Origin: Eledone cirrhosa | Taxonomy: Eukaryota | DNA length: 64,000 nt | Reading direction: 5' to 3' | Assembly (NCBI GenBank): GCA_964016885.1 | Contig: OZ024741.1 | Location: forward strand, 4,650,001 to 4,714,000 | In this document: in pieces, positions 13,710 through 26,776 of the stretch | Layout of the letters: every line of letters begins with the position of its first letter | How positions within the stretch are numbered: position 1 is the stretch's first letter | Made by a program: the position numbers and the translations under genes | The notes under the pieces: model-generated | What the model saw: only the letters and a program-made list of their open reading frames with translations | Told to the model about the DNA's origin: nothing | Databases searched by the model: none

Positions 13710-13905
13710 GTGGGGGAGTGGCAATATCAGTAGTGTCGGACAATGTTTTGTAGTGTTTAGTTATGACTTTCTACGAGTTCAAATCCCACTGAGATCAATT
13801 TTACCTTTCATTCTTTTGGGGTCAATAGAATAAGATAGCAGTTAAGTGTTGGAATTGATATGATTGATTTTCCCCCTTCTAATTGCTGGCCTTTAGCCAA
13901 TATTT
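13710..13905 (+). mobile_element. Decayed Deu/Nin-type SINE
   Basis: GAGTTCAAATCCCACTGAGATCAATTTTACCTTTCATTCTTTTGGGGTCAATAG. Confidence 0.7.
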
Positions 13906-14915
13906 TATTAAGTTGGTGTTTGGAATATAACTTAATAAGGGTTCTTAAGTAAAATTATGGTAAGTTTAAATATAAACAGCCCTTTCTAGCAGGGAAAATG
14001 GACATTAAATGATGTTGGTGGCAATGATGATGACTTTAAAACAAGCAGCTATGTATGAGAAATCCGGAGCAGTTTCATTGCTGCTTTAAATCTAAACAGA
14101 CCTTGCTAGTGGGGGAAATGTACATTAAATGATGATGATGAGCACTTTAAAACAAACAACTATGTATCGGAAGACCAAGGGCAGTTTCAAGTGGATTGGT
14201 GTCAAACACACACATTGCTGCTGCTAGGTCTACAGTAATATTTATCTTGACTAGGTTGTGAATCTTTTCAGCTACTTCCTGCAAATAGTTTGAAAATTGT
14301 TTGACCTTCAGTCTTCCTCGTGTTCTTCATTTTAGGCAGGAATATAGCAGATCAACAATTTAAAAATATTTTTAATCTTTAGTCAGAGAAGGATGGGAAT
14401 TTTATGTGGCAACAAACTGTATTTCTTGAATATCAAGATTTTAAGTACTTTTGTGCATTGTGTAGGAGATCCATGTGTGACTTGCAATGGTCACCAACAT
14501 CACTGTTTTACATCTATTTTCCATGCTTGCATGGAAAATAGATGACCAAGTCCTGCTTGAATGCTCTGTTTTGGCTTGATTTCTATGGCTAGATGTCTTC
14601 CCTAATGCCAATCACTTTACAGGTTTTCTGAGTATGATTTCTACAGTTGGATGCCCTTCTTAATGCCAACCACTTTACAATGTGTACAGGAGGCATTTTA
14701 TTGTGACTCTAGTACTACTACCTTTATAGGTGTTCTTTATAATTAGTTGTGGACAGTTCAGGTAGACTAGTAAAATCAATAATGGATGATTTTGTTTGAG
14801 CACTAGCTTTTCTTTTTCTTCATTTGGTAGCTTAGGTCCGAGAGATTGTTGTGAGTGATGTTCCACTTAAACTGTTCCAAAACAATTTCGTTTATAAATC
14901 CTGAGCAGGAAATCC

Positions 14916-17900
14916 GGCTGTAGGGGTCAGTGTGAGACTGTCACATTCTGGCCAGGAAGGACTGGCTGTACTGGTCAGTGTGAGACTATCACATTCTGGA
15001 CAGGAACGACTGGCTGTACTGGTCAGTGTGAGACTGTCACGTTCTGGACCGAAACGACTGAGTGTAGTGGTCAGTGTGAGACTGTCACATTCTGGACAGG
15101 AACGACTGAGTGTAGTGGTCAGTGTGAGACTGTCGCATTCTGGACAGGAACGACAGTGTAGTGGTCAGTGAGACTCACATTCTGGACAGGAACGACTGAG
15201 TGTAGTGGTCAGTGTGAGACTGTCCATTCTGGACAGGAACGACTGAGTGTAGTGGTCAGTGTGAGACTGTCACATTCTGGACAGGAACGACAGAGTAGTG
15301 GTCAGTGTGAGACGGTCACATTCTGGACAGGAACGACTGTGTAGCGGTCAGTGTGAGACTGACACATTCTGGACAGGAACGACTGAGTGTAGTGGTCAGT
15401 GTGAGACTCGCATTCTGGACTGGAACGACTGAGTGTAGTGGTCAGTGTGAGATTGTCCATTCTGGACAGGAACGACTGGGTGTAGTGGTCAGTGTGAGAC
15501 TGTCACATTCTGGACAGGAACGACTGAGTGTAGTGGTTAGTGTGAGACTCACATTCTGGACAGTAACGACTGAGTGTACTGGTCAGTATGAGACTGTCAC
15601 ATTCTGGACAGTAACGACTGGCTGTGCTGGTCAGTGTGAGACTGTCACATTCTGGACAGGAACGACTGTCTCACAGTCTCACACTGACCACTACAGCCAG
15701 TCGTTCTTGTCCAGAATGTGACAGTCTCACACTGACCACTACACCCAGTCGTTCCTGTCCAGAATGTGACAGCCTCACACTGACCACGACATTCAGTCGT
15801 TCCTGTCCAGAATGTGACAGTCTGGTGGTCAGTGTGAGATTGTCACATTCTGGACAGGAACGACTGGGTGTAGTGGTCAGTGTGAGACTGTCACATTCTG
15901 AACCGGAACGACTGAGTGTAGTGGTCAGTGTGAGACTGTCACATTCTGGACAGGAACGACTGAGTGTAGTGGTCAGTGTGAGACTGTCACATTCTGGACA
16001 GGAACGACTGAGTGTACTGGTCAGTGTGAGACTCACATTCTGGACAGGAACGACTGAGTGTAGTGGTCAGTGTGAGACTCACATTCTGGACAGGAACGAC
16101 TGTGTAGTGGTCAGTGTGAGACAGTCACATTCTGGACAGTAACGACTGAGTGTAGTGGTCAGTCTGAGGCTGTCACATTCTGGACAGTAACGACTGAGTG
16201 TAGTGGTCAGTGTGAGACTCACATTCTGGACAGTAACGACTGGCTGTACTGGTCAGTGTGAGACTGTCACATTCTGGACAGTAACGACTGGCTGTACTGG
16301 TCAGTGTGAGACTGTCACATTCGGGACAGTAACGACTGGCTGTACTGGTCAGTGTGAGACTCACATTCTGGACAGGAACGACTGTGTAGTGGTCAGTGTG
16401 AGACTGTCACATTCTGGACAGGAACGACTGAGTGTAGTGGTCAGTGTGAGACTCACATTCTGGACAGTAACGACTAAGTAGTGGTCAGTGTGAGACTCAC
16501 ATTCTGGACAGGAACGACTGAATGTAGTGGTCAGTGAGAGACTCACATTCTGGACAGGAACTGAGTGTAGTGGTCAGTGTGAGACTCACATTCTGGACAG
16601 TAACGACTGGCTGTACTGGTCAGTGTGAGACTGTCACATTCTGGACAGTAAAGACTGGCTGTACTGGTCAGTGTGAGACTCACATTCTGGACAGTAACGA
16701 CTGGCTGTAGTGGTCAGTGTGAGACTGTCACATTCTGGACAGGAACGACTGAGTGTAGTGGTCAGTGTGAGACGCACATTCTGGACAGGAACGACTGAGT
16801 GTAGTGGTCAATGTGAGACTCACATTCTGGACAGGAACGACTGAGTGTAGTGGTCAGTGAGACTCACATTCTGGACAGGAACGATTGAGTAGTGGTCAGT
16901 GTGAGACTGTCACATTCTGGACAGTAACGACTGAGTGTAGTGGTCAGTGTGAGACTCACATTCTGGACAGTAACGACTGGCTGTACTGGTCAGTGTGAGA
17001 CTGTCACATTCTGGACAGTAACGACTGAGTGTAGTGGTCAGTGTGAGACTCACATTCTGGACAGGAACGACTGAGTGTAGTGGTCAGTGTGAGACTGTCA
17101 CATTCTGGACAGTAAAGACTGGCTGTAGTGGTCAGTGAGACTGTCACATTCTGGACAGGAACGACTGAGTGTAGTGGTTAGTGTGAGACTGTCACATTCT
17201 GGACAGGAACGACTGAGTGTAGTGGTCAGTGTGAGACTCACATTCTGGACAGGAACGACTGAGTGTAGTGGTCAGTGTGAGACTGTCATATTCTGGACAG
17301 GAATGACTGAGTGTAGTGGTCAGTGTGAGACTCACATTCTGGACAGGAACGACTGAGTGTAGTGGTCAGTGTGAGACTGTCACATTCTGGACAGGAGTGA
17401 CTGTGTAGTGGTCAGTGTGAGACTCTCATTCTGGACAAGAATGACTGGGTGTAGTGGTCAGTGTGAGACTGTCACATTCTGGACAGGAACGACTGGCTGT
17501 AGTGGTCAGTATGAGACTCATATTCTGAACAGGAACGACTGAGTGTAGTGGTCAGTGTAAGACTCACATTCTGGACAGGAACGACTGAGTGTAGTGGTCA
17601 GTGTGCGACTGTCACGTTCTGGACAAGAACGACTGGCTGTAGTGGTCAGTGTGCGACTGTCACATTCTGGACAAGAATGACTGGCTATAGTGGTCAGTGT
17701 GACACTCACATTCTGGACAGGAACGACTGAGTGTAGTGGTCAGTGTGAGACTCACATTCTGGACAGGAACGACTCAGTGTAGCGGTCAGTGTGAGACAGG
17801 AACGACTGGGTGCAGTAGTCAGTGCGACACTGTCACATTCTGGACAGGAACGATTGGCTGTAGTGGTCAGTGTGAGACAGTCGTTCCTGTCCAGAATGTG

Positions 17901-20440
17901 ACAGGCTAGTGGTCAGTGTGAGATTGTCACATTCTGGACAGGAACGACTGGGTGTAGTGGTCAGTGTGAGACTCACATTCGGGACAGGAACGACTGAGTG
18001 TAATAGTCAGTGTGAGATTGTCCATTCTGGACAGGAACGACTGGGTGTAGTGGTCAGTGTGAGACTGTCACATTCTGGACAGGAACGACTGAGTGTAGTG
18101 GTCAGTGTGAGATTGTCACATTCTGGACAGGAACGACTGGGTGTAGTGGTCAGTGTGAGACTGTCACATTCTGGACAGGAACGACTGAGTGTAGTGGTCA
18201 GTGTGAGACAGTCGTTCCTGTCCAGAATGTGACAGTCTCACACTGACCACTACACTCAGTCGTTCCTGTCCAGAATGTGACAGTCTCACACTGACCACTA
18301 CACCCAGTCGTTCCTGTCCAGAATGTGACAATCTCACACTGACCACTACACTCAGTCGTTCCTGTCCAGAATGTGACAGTCTCACACTGACCACTACACT
18401 CAGTCGTTCCTGTCCAGAATGTGACAATCTCACACTGACCACTACACTCAGTCGTTCCTGTCCAGAATGTGACAGAGTGTAGTGGTCAGTGTGAGATTGT
18501 CACATTCTGGACAGGAACGACTGAGTGTAGTGGTCAGTGTGAGACTGTCACATTCTGGACAGGAACGACTGAGTGTAGTGGTCAGTGTGAGATTGTCACA
18601 TTCTGGACAGGAACGACTGAGTGTAGTGGTCAGTGTGAGACTGTCACATTCTGGACAGGAACGACTGTGTAGTGGTCAGTGTGAGACTCACATTCTGGAC
18701 AGGAACGACTGAGTGTAATAGTCAGTGTGAGATTGTCCATTCTGGACAGGAACGACTGAGTGTAGTGGTCAGTGTGAGACTGTCACATTCTGGACAGGAA
18801 CGACTGAGTGTAGTGGTCAGTGTGAGACTGTCACATTCTGGACAGGAACGACTGAGTGTAGTGGTCAGTGTGAGACTGTCACATTCTGGACAGGAACGAC
18901 TGAGTGTAGTGGTCAGTGTGAGACTGTCACATTCTGGACAGGAACGACTGAGTGTAGTGGTCAGTGTGAGATTGTCCATTCTGGACAGGAACGACTGGGT
19001 GTAGTGGTCAGTGTGAGACTGTCACATTCTGGACAGGAACGACTGAGTGTAGTGGTCAGTGTGAGATTGTCCATTCTGGACAGGAACGACTGAGTGTAGT
19101 GGTCAGTGTGAGATTGTCACATTCTGGACAGGAACGACTGAGTGTAGTGGTCAGTGTGAGATTGTCACATTCTGGACAGGAACGACTGGGTGTAGTGGTC
19201 AGTGTGAGACTGTCACATTCTGGACAGGAACGACTGAGTGTAGTGGTCAGTGTGAGACTGTCACATTCTGGACAGGAACGACTGAGTGTAGTGGTCAGTG
19301 TGAGATTGTCACATTCTGGACAGGAACGACTGAGTGTAGTGGTCAGTGTGAGACTGTCACATTCTGGACAGGAACGACTGAGTGTAGTGGTCAGTGTGAG
19401 ACTGTCACATTCTGGACAGGAACGACTGAGTGTAGTGGTCAGTGTGAGACTGTCACATTCTGGACAGGAACGACTGAGTGTAGTGGTCAGTGTGAGACTG
19501 TCACATTCTGGACAGGAACGACTGAGTGTAGTGGTCAGTGTGAGACTGTCACATTCTGGACAGGAACGACTGAGTGTAGTGGTCAGTGTGAGACTGTCAC
19601 ATTCTGGACAGGAACGACTGAGTGTAGTGGTCAGTGTGAGACTGTCACATTCTGGACAGGAACGACTGAGTGTAGTGGTCAGTGTGAGACTGTCACATTC
19701 TGGACAGGAACGACTGAGTGTAGTGGTCAGTGTGAGATTGTCCATTCTGGACAGGAACGACTGGGTGTAGTGGTCAGTGTGAGACTGTCACATTCTGGAC
19801 AGGAACGACTGAGTGTAGTGGTCAGTGTGAGACTGTCACATTCTGGACAGGAACGACTGAGTGTAGTGGTCAGTGTGAGACTGTCACATTCTGGACAGGA
19901 ACGACTGAGTGTAGTGGTCAGTGTGAGATTGTCACATTCTGGACAGGAACGACTGAGTGTAGTGGTCAGTGTGAGACTCACATTCTGGACAGGAACGACT
20001 GAGTGTAATAGTCAGTGTGAGATTGTCCATTCTGGACAGGAACGACTGAGTGTAGTGGTCAGTGTGAGACTGTCACATTCTGGACAGGAACGACTGAGTG
20101 TAGTGGTCAGTGTGAGACTGTCACATTCTGGACAGGAACGACTGAGTGTAGTGGTCAGTGTGAGACTGTCACATTCTGGACAGGAACGACTGAGTGTAGT
20201 GGTCAGTGTGAGACTGTCACATTCTGGACAGGAACGACTGAGTGTAGTGGTCAGTGTGAGACTGTCACATTCTGGACAGGAACGACTGAGTGTAGTGGTC
20301 AGTGTGAGACTGTCACATTCTGGACAGGAACGACTGAGTAGTGGTCCGTGTAAGACTGTCACATTCTGGACAGGAACGACTGGGTGTAGTGGTTAGTATG
20401 AGACTGTCACATTCTGGACAGTAACGACTTAGTGTAGTGG
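14916..20440. repeat. 48-bp tandem satellite (GTGTAGTGGTCAGTGTGAGACTGTCACATTCTGGACAGGAACGACTGA)n with three inverted segments
   Basis: Unit read directly; 46-bp GT-deletion variants; inversions at 15669-15823, 17878-17904, 18209-18475. Confidence 0.98.
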
Positions 20441-23400
20441 TGTGTTATTGTGTTGTTGTGCAGTGTTGTGGCTGTTGTTGTGCAGTATTGTGGCGGTTGT
20501 GCAGTATTGTGGCTGTTGTTGTGCAGTATTGTGGCGGTTGTTGTGCAGTGTTGTGGCTGTTGTGCAGTGTCGTGGCTGTTGTTGTGCAGTGTTGTGGCTG
20601 TTGTGCAGTATTGTGGCTGTTGGTGTGCAGTGTTGTGGTGTTGTTGTGCAGTGTTGTGGCTCTTGTTGTGCAGTGTTGTGGCTCTTGTTGTGCAGTGTTG
20701 TGGCTGTTGTTGTGCAGTGTTATGGCTGTTGTTGTGCAGTGTTATGGCTGTTGTTGTGCAGTGTTGTGGCTGTCATTGTGCAGTATTGTGGCTGTTGTGC
20801 AGTGTTGTGGCTGTTGTTGTGCAGTGTTGTGGCTGTTGGTGTGCAGTGTTGTGCAGTGTTGTGGCTGTTGTTCAGTATCGTGGCTGTTGTTGTGTAGTGT
20901 TGTGGCTGTTGTTGTGCAGTGTTGTAGCTGTTGTTGTGCACTGTTGTGGCTGTTGTTGTGTAGTGTTGTGGCTGTTGTTGTGCAGTGTTGTAGCTGTTGT
21001 TGTGCACTGTTGTGGCTGTTGTTGTGCAGTATTGTGGCTGTTGTTGTGCAGTGTTGTGGCTGTTGTGCAGTGTTGTGGCTTTTGTTGTGCAGTATTGTGG
21101 CTGTTGTTGTGCAGTGTTGTGGCTGTTGTACAGTATTGTGGCTGTTGTTGTGCAGTGTTGTGGCTGTTGTTGTGCAGTATTGTGGCTGTTCTTGTGCAGT
21201 GTTGTGGCTGTTCTTGTGCAGTGTTGTGGCTGTTGTTGTGCAGTATTGTGGCTGTTGTGCAGTGTTGTGGCTGTTGTTGTGCAGTATTGTGGCTGTTGTT
21301 GTGCAGTGTTGTAGCTGTTGTTGTGCAGTGTTGTGGCTGTTGTTGTGCAGTGTTGTGGCTGTTGTGCAGTATTGTGGCTGTTGTGCAGTGTTGTGGCTGT
21401 TGTTGTGCAGTATTGTGGCTGTTGTGTAGTATTGTGGCTGTTGTTGTGCAGTATTGTGGCTGTTGTGCAGTGTTGTGACTGTTGCTGTGCAGTGTTGTGG
21501 CTGTTGTGCAGTATTGTGGCTGTTGTTGTGCAGTATTGTGGCTGTTGTTGTGCAGTGTTGTGGCTGTTGTTGTGGCTGTTGTGCAGTATTGTGGCTGTTG
21601 TTGTGCAGTGTTGTGGCTGTTGTGCAGTGTTGTGGCTGTTGTGCAGTGGTGTGGCTGTTGTGCAGTGTTGTGGCTGTTGTGCAGTATAAGGCTGTTATTG
21701 TGCAGTATTGTGGCTGTTGTTGTTGTTGTTGTTGTGGCTGTTGTGCAGTATTGTGGCTGTCGTTGTGCAATATTGTGGCTGTTGTGCATTGTTGTGACTG
21801 TTGCTGTGCAGTGTTGTGGCTGTTGTGCAGTATTGTGGCTGTTGTTGTGCAGTATTGTGGCTGTTGTTGTGCAGTGTTGTGGCTGTTGTGCAGTGTTGTG
21901 CAGTATTGTGGCTGTTGTTGTGCAGTGTTGTGGCTGTTGTTGTGCAGTGTTGTGGCTGTTGTTGTGCAGTATTGTGGCTGTTGTTGTGCAGTATTGTGGC
22001 TGTTGTTCAGTGTTGTGGCTGTTGTTGTGCAGTGTTGTGGCTGTTGTTGTGCAGTGTTGTGGCTGTTGTTGTGCAGTGTTGTGGCTGTTGTCGTGCAGTG
22101 TTGTGGCTGTTGTGCAGTATTGTGGCTGTTGTTGTGCAGTGTTGTGGCTGTTGTGCAGTATTGTGGCTGTTGTGCAGTGTTGTGGCTGTTGTTGTGCAGT
22201 ATTGTGGCTGTTGTGCAGTGTTGTGGCTGTTGTTGTGTAGTATTGTGGCTGTTGTTGTGCAGTATTGTGGCTGTTGTGCATTGTTGTGACTGTTGCTGTG
22301 CAGTATTGTGGCTGTTGTTGTGCAGTATTGTGGCTGTTGTTGTGCAGTGTTGTGGCTGTTGTGCAGTATTGTGGCTGTTGTTGTGCAGTATTGTGGCTGT
22401 TGTTGTGCAGTATTGTGGCTGTTGTGGCTGTTGTTGTGCAGTGTTGTGGCTGTTGTGCAGTATTGTGGCTGTTGTTGTGCAGTGTTGTGGCTGTTGTTGT
22501 GCAGTGTTGTCTGTTGTGCAGTGTTGTGGCTGTTGTTGTGCAGTATTGTGGCTGTTGTTGTGCAGTATTGTGGCTGTTGTGCAGTGTTGTGGCTGTTGTT
22601 GTGCAGTGTTGTGGCTGTTGTGCAGTGTTGTGGCTGTTGTCGTGCAGTGTTGTGGCTGTTGTGCAGTATTGTGGCTGGTGTTGTGCAGTATTGTGGCTGT
22701 TATGCAGTATTGTGGCTGTTGTGCAGTGTTGTGGCTGTTGTGCAGTATTGTGGCTGTTGTGCAGTATTGTGGCTGTTGTGCAGTGTTGTGGCTGTTGTCG
22801 TGCAGTGTTGTGGCTGTTGTGCAGTGTTGTGGCTGTTGTTGTGCAGTATTGTGGCTGTTGTTGTGCAGTGTTGTGGCTGTTGTGCAGTATTGTGGCTGTT
22901 GTTGTGCCGTATTGTGGCTGTTGTTGTGCAGTGTTGTGGCTGTTGTGCAGTGTTGTGGCTGTTGTTGTGCAGTGTTGTGGCTGTTGTTGTGCAGTATTGT
23001 GGCTGTTGTGCAGTGTTGTGGCTGTTGTTGTGCAGTATTGTGGCTGTTGTTGTGCAGTGTTGTGGCTGTTGTTGTGCAGTATTGTGGCTGTTGTTGTGCA
23101 GTTGTGGCTGTTGTTGTGCAGTGTTGTGGCTGTTGTTGTGCAGTGTTGTGGCTGTTGTTGTGCAATGTTGTGGCTGTTGTTGTGCAGTGTTGTGGCTGTT
23201 GTTGTGCAGTGTTGTGGCTGTTGTTGTGCAGTGTTGTGGCTGTTGTTGTACAGTATTGTGGCTGTTGTTGTGCAGTATTGTGGCTGTTTTGCAGTGTTGT
23301 GGCTGTTGTGCATTATTGTGGCTGTTGTTGTGCAGTATTGTGGCTGTTGTTGTGCAGTATTGTGGCTGTTGTGCAGTGTTGTGCAGTATTGTGGCTGTTG

Positions 23401-24281
23401 TGCAGTGTTGTGGCTGTGGTTGTGCAGTATTGTGGCTGTTGTTGTGCAGTGTTGTGGCTGTTGTTGTGCAGTGTTGTGGCTGTTGTTGTGCAGTATTGTG
23501 GCTGTTGTTGTGCAGCATTGTGGCTGTTGTGCAGCATTGTGGCTGTTGTGCAGTGTTGTGCAGTATTGTGGCTGTTGTGCAGTGTTGTGGCTGTTGTTGT
23601 GCGGTGTTGTGCAGTATTGTGGCTGTTGTGCAGTATTGTGGCTGTTGTGCAGTGTTGTGGCTGTTGTTGTGCAGTGTTGTGGCTGTTGTGCAGTAGTGTG
23701 GCTGTTGTTGTGCAGTATTGTAGCTGTTGTGGCTGTTGTGCAGTATTGTGGCTGTTGTGCAGTGTTGTGGCTGTTGTGCAGTGTTGTGGCTGTTGTGCAG
23801 TATTGTGTCTGTTGTTGTGCAGTATTGTGGCTGTTGTGCAGTGTTGTGGCTGTTGTTGTGCAGTATTGTGGCTGTTGTTGTGCAGTGTTGTGGCTGTTGT
23901 TGTGCAGTATTGTGGCTGTTGTGCAGTGTTGTGGCTGTTGTTGTGCAGTGTTGTGGCTGTTGTTGTGCAGTATTGTGGCTGTTGTTGTGCAGTATTGTGG
24001 CTGTTGTGCAGTGTTGTGGCTGTTGTGCAGTATTGTGGCTGTTGTGCAGTGTTGTGGCTGTTGTTGTGCAGTGTGGTGCAGTATTGTGGCTGTTGTTGTG
24101 CAGTGTTGTGGCTGTTGTGCAGTATTGTGGCTGTTGTGCAGTGTTTTGGCTGTTGGTGTGCAGTATTGTGGCTGTTGTGCAGTGTTGTGGCTGTTGTGCA
24201 GTGTTGCGGCCATTGTTGTGCAGTATTGTGGCTGTTGTTGTGCAGTGTTGTGGCTGTTGTTGTGCAGTGTTTTGGCTGTTG
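20441..24281. repeat. 19/22-bp GT-rich satellite GCAGTRTTGTGGCTGTTGT(TGT)
   Basis: Direct inspection; abuts the 48-bp array; the long Cys/Val and Thr/Gln/His ORFs come from it. Confidence 0.97.
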
Positions 24282-24902
24282 ATGGTATCCAATGATGTTG
24301 ACTTGTTCTTCTTTTTTGGTAAATATCATCTTGGTTAAGAGAGTGGGACTGGCTTTGTGCAGTGCCTTTGCTCACTATAAAAGCTTCATGGCACAGGCAT
24401 TGCTTTATATCTGGAGATCTCTCTGCACTTGTCACATGGTACCAAGGGCAAAGCACTATGTGTCCATAAGTGTCACAAGTGTAGTGTTTGTACCAGAGTT
24501 TTCAAGTCGCTGGCTGGACTAAAAAGTCACACTCGTTCAGTGCATCGGTCGGGGTTGTCCTACATGGGTATAATGTAGTGGCCGTACTCGAAAACGAGTT
24601 GGCAGCCACCATATATATATATATATATATATTGTTATACTTGGGGAGTGTCATATTGTTGTAATAATATTGCCAGAAATAATAACAGAACACCCTCACT
24701 GTTTGGTTGGTTTTCACTTCTGTATCTTTTATATCTCCACAGTTAATTGATTCGGCCATCAATGTTTATCACTGACTGACCAACGGTCACAAATACAGAT
24801 ATAAATAAATATATATAGTCTAACAAAGTTCTTTCGTTGCAGATCTGCACATGATTTCATATCAAAAACCTCGCAAAACAAATTCATAACCGTTATATAT
24901 AT

Positions 24903-25171
24903 ATATTGTTATACTTTGAGAGCAGTCATGTTGCCAATAAGAAACACATGCACCAGTTGCTTTCACTCCAATTTATTATAAATTAAATTATAAATTTAAA
25001 TTTAAAAATTTATAAATTTCCGGTTGGTTGGTTCCACAACTGGACGGTTGTGGAACCAACCAACCGGAAATTTATAAATTTTTAAATTTAAATTTATAAT
25101 AAATTGGAGTGAAAGCATCTGGTGCATGTGTTTCTTATTGGCAACATGACCCTCCCAAAGTATAACAATAT
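24903..25171. repeat. Near-perfect fold-back palindrome (arms about 125-135 bp, 6-nt loop TGGACG at 25041-25046)
   Basis: ATATTGTTATACTTTG...GGTTCCACAAC / GTTGTGGAACC...CAAAGTATAACAATAT. Confidence 0.95.
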
Positions 25172-25241
25172 CGGTTTCAACACACGTTTTCTGATAAAGA
25201 ATCTTGCTAAACAAATTCAGAAACGAAATATATATATATAT

Positions 25242-25400
25242 ATATGAAGAGATTCAGGACCCCGAGTTGCAGCTGTTGAAACGGCCGGAGCTCAGCCGTC
25301 GGGGTCCTGAATCTCTTCATATTACCCACTCTACTACCCCAAGTATTGAGTACTCTGGTGGGTTATGGGCCACCTGGTATTTTACCACACCCTATCTGAT
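25242..25400 (+). mobile_element. Fold-back pLTR-like fragment with the 3' half of a hammerhead core
   Basis: 24-bp inverted repeat 25242-25265 / 25299-25322 enclosing GAAAC-GGC..GCC-GTC; flanked by (TA)n on both sides. Confidence 0.6.
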
Positions 25401-25419
25401 ATATATATATATATATCAT

Positions 25420-26096
25420 TATCATCATCATTTTACATCCGCTTTTCCCTGCTTGCAAGTGTGGGATGGGAACTGATTCTGGCTTGATTTCTACTGCTGG
25501 ATGCCCTTCCTAACACCAACCTCATTTACAGTGAGTGCTGGGTGCTTTTTTTCCATGACACCTCCACGACCACTTTGCAGTGGAATGATAGGGACTCCAG
25601 TCTTATCATCTCATTTCTACAGCTGAGTAAACTGGAGCAATGTGAAATAAAGTGTCTGAGAATTGAACTCACAACCTTTCGATTGCAAGGCCAATGCTCT
25701 AACCACTAAGCCATGTGCTTCCATATATATATATATATATATATATAATCATCATTTCATTTTTCATCATTTCATTTTACGACCACTTTTTCCCTGCTTA
25801 CAAGGGTGGGACGTGAACTGATTCTGGCTTGATTTCTACTGCTGGATGCCCTTCCTAACACCAACCTCATTTACAGTGAGTGCCGGGTGCTTTTTTACCG
25901 TGGCACCTCCATGACCACTTTGCAGTGGAATGATATGGACCCCAGTCCCTATTATCTCATTTCTACAGCTGAGTAAACTGGAGCAATGTGAAATAAAGTC
26001 TCTTGCTCAAGGAAACAACACATCACTCGGTCTAGGAATTTAACTCACAACCTTTCGATTGCAAGGCCAATGCTCTAACCACTAAGCCATGTGCCT

Positions 26097-26099
<3 letters not shown>
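25420..26099 (-). mobile_element. Two tandem copies of a tRNA-derived SINE with (GAT)n tail (25420-25722, 25760-26099)
   Basis: Reverse complement of 30128-30467; heads abut (TA)n. Confidence 0.88.
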
Positions 26100-26142
<43 letters not shown>

Positions 26143-26177
26143 AAGCATGGAAGATGGACATTAAACGATGATGATGA

Positions 26178-26233
<56 letters not shown>

Positions 26234-26461
26234 TCATGTGTGTATGTATGTAGACAAATTTACATATATATATGTAGATAAATCTACTAAAATATACAGT
26301 AGTGTCCAATCTGTATGAAGAACTCAATGTAATCCAAATATCATGAAAAGCCAAGATGTATTCAAACATTTTTTATATGAAAATCCCAGGAAAACAGTCA
26401 AGATAAATTAATAAAAACAATGAATAAAAACAAAGAAACAGTTCCTTATATTAAAAAATTC

Positions 26462-26595
26462 ATCATTTTACGATCGTTTCTAGGATATATATGTGTGTGT
26501 TGGTATGTATATCATATAGATCTATGTAAAAATTTTACAAACTATCAGAGGAAATATACATACCTACACATATATATGCTGTCTTCAGAAATAAT
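26462..26595 (-). ncRNA. Type I hammerhead ribozyme motif (left pLTR copy)
   Basis: Reverse complement of 29779-29912: ATTATTT CTGAAGA [stem II] GAAACGATCGTA AAATGAT. Confidence 0.75.
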
Positions 26596-26776
26596 TGTTT
26601 CTACATTTGGCACAAGGCCAGCACTTACCCAGTGTATTACTGGTGCTTTATTTTATCGACCCCGTAAGGATGAAAGGCAAAGTTAACCTCGACGGGATTT
26701 GAACTCAGACCATAAAGGGACGTAACTCTTTGCTGCAAAGCATGGCGTCCGACCCTCTACCAATACTGCCAATGCA
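26596..26776 (-). mobile_element. Deu/Nin-type SINE inserted in the left pLTR
   Basis: Flanked by direct repeat CAGAAATAAT (26586-26595, 26777-26786). Confidence 0.88.

Noticed and set aside
14932-20396. Repetitive ORFs (VVSVRLSHSGQERLS)n and (CDSLTLTTTLSRSCPE)n
   Set aside because: Translation of a 48-bp satellite with frequent 2-bp deletions and inversions
20437-24456. Very long Cys/Val-rich and Thr/Gln/His-rich ORFs (up to 1194 aa)
   Set aside because: Open in nearly all six frames because the 19/22-bp satellite has few stop codons; no frame preference
26405-26595. Host DNA captured in the inverted arms of the Penelope element
   Set aside because: The segment contains the hammerhead and continues the pLTR across the SINE TSD, so it is element sequence
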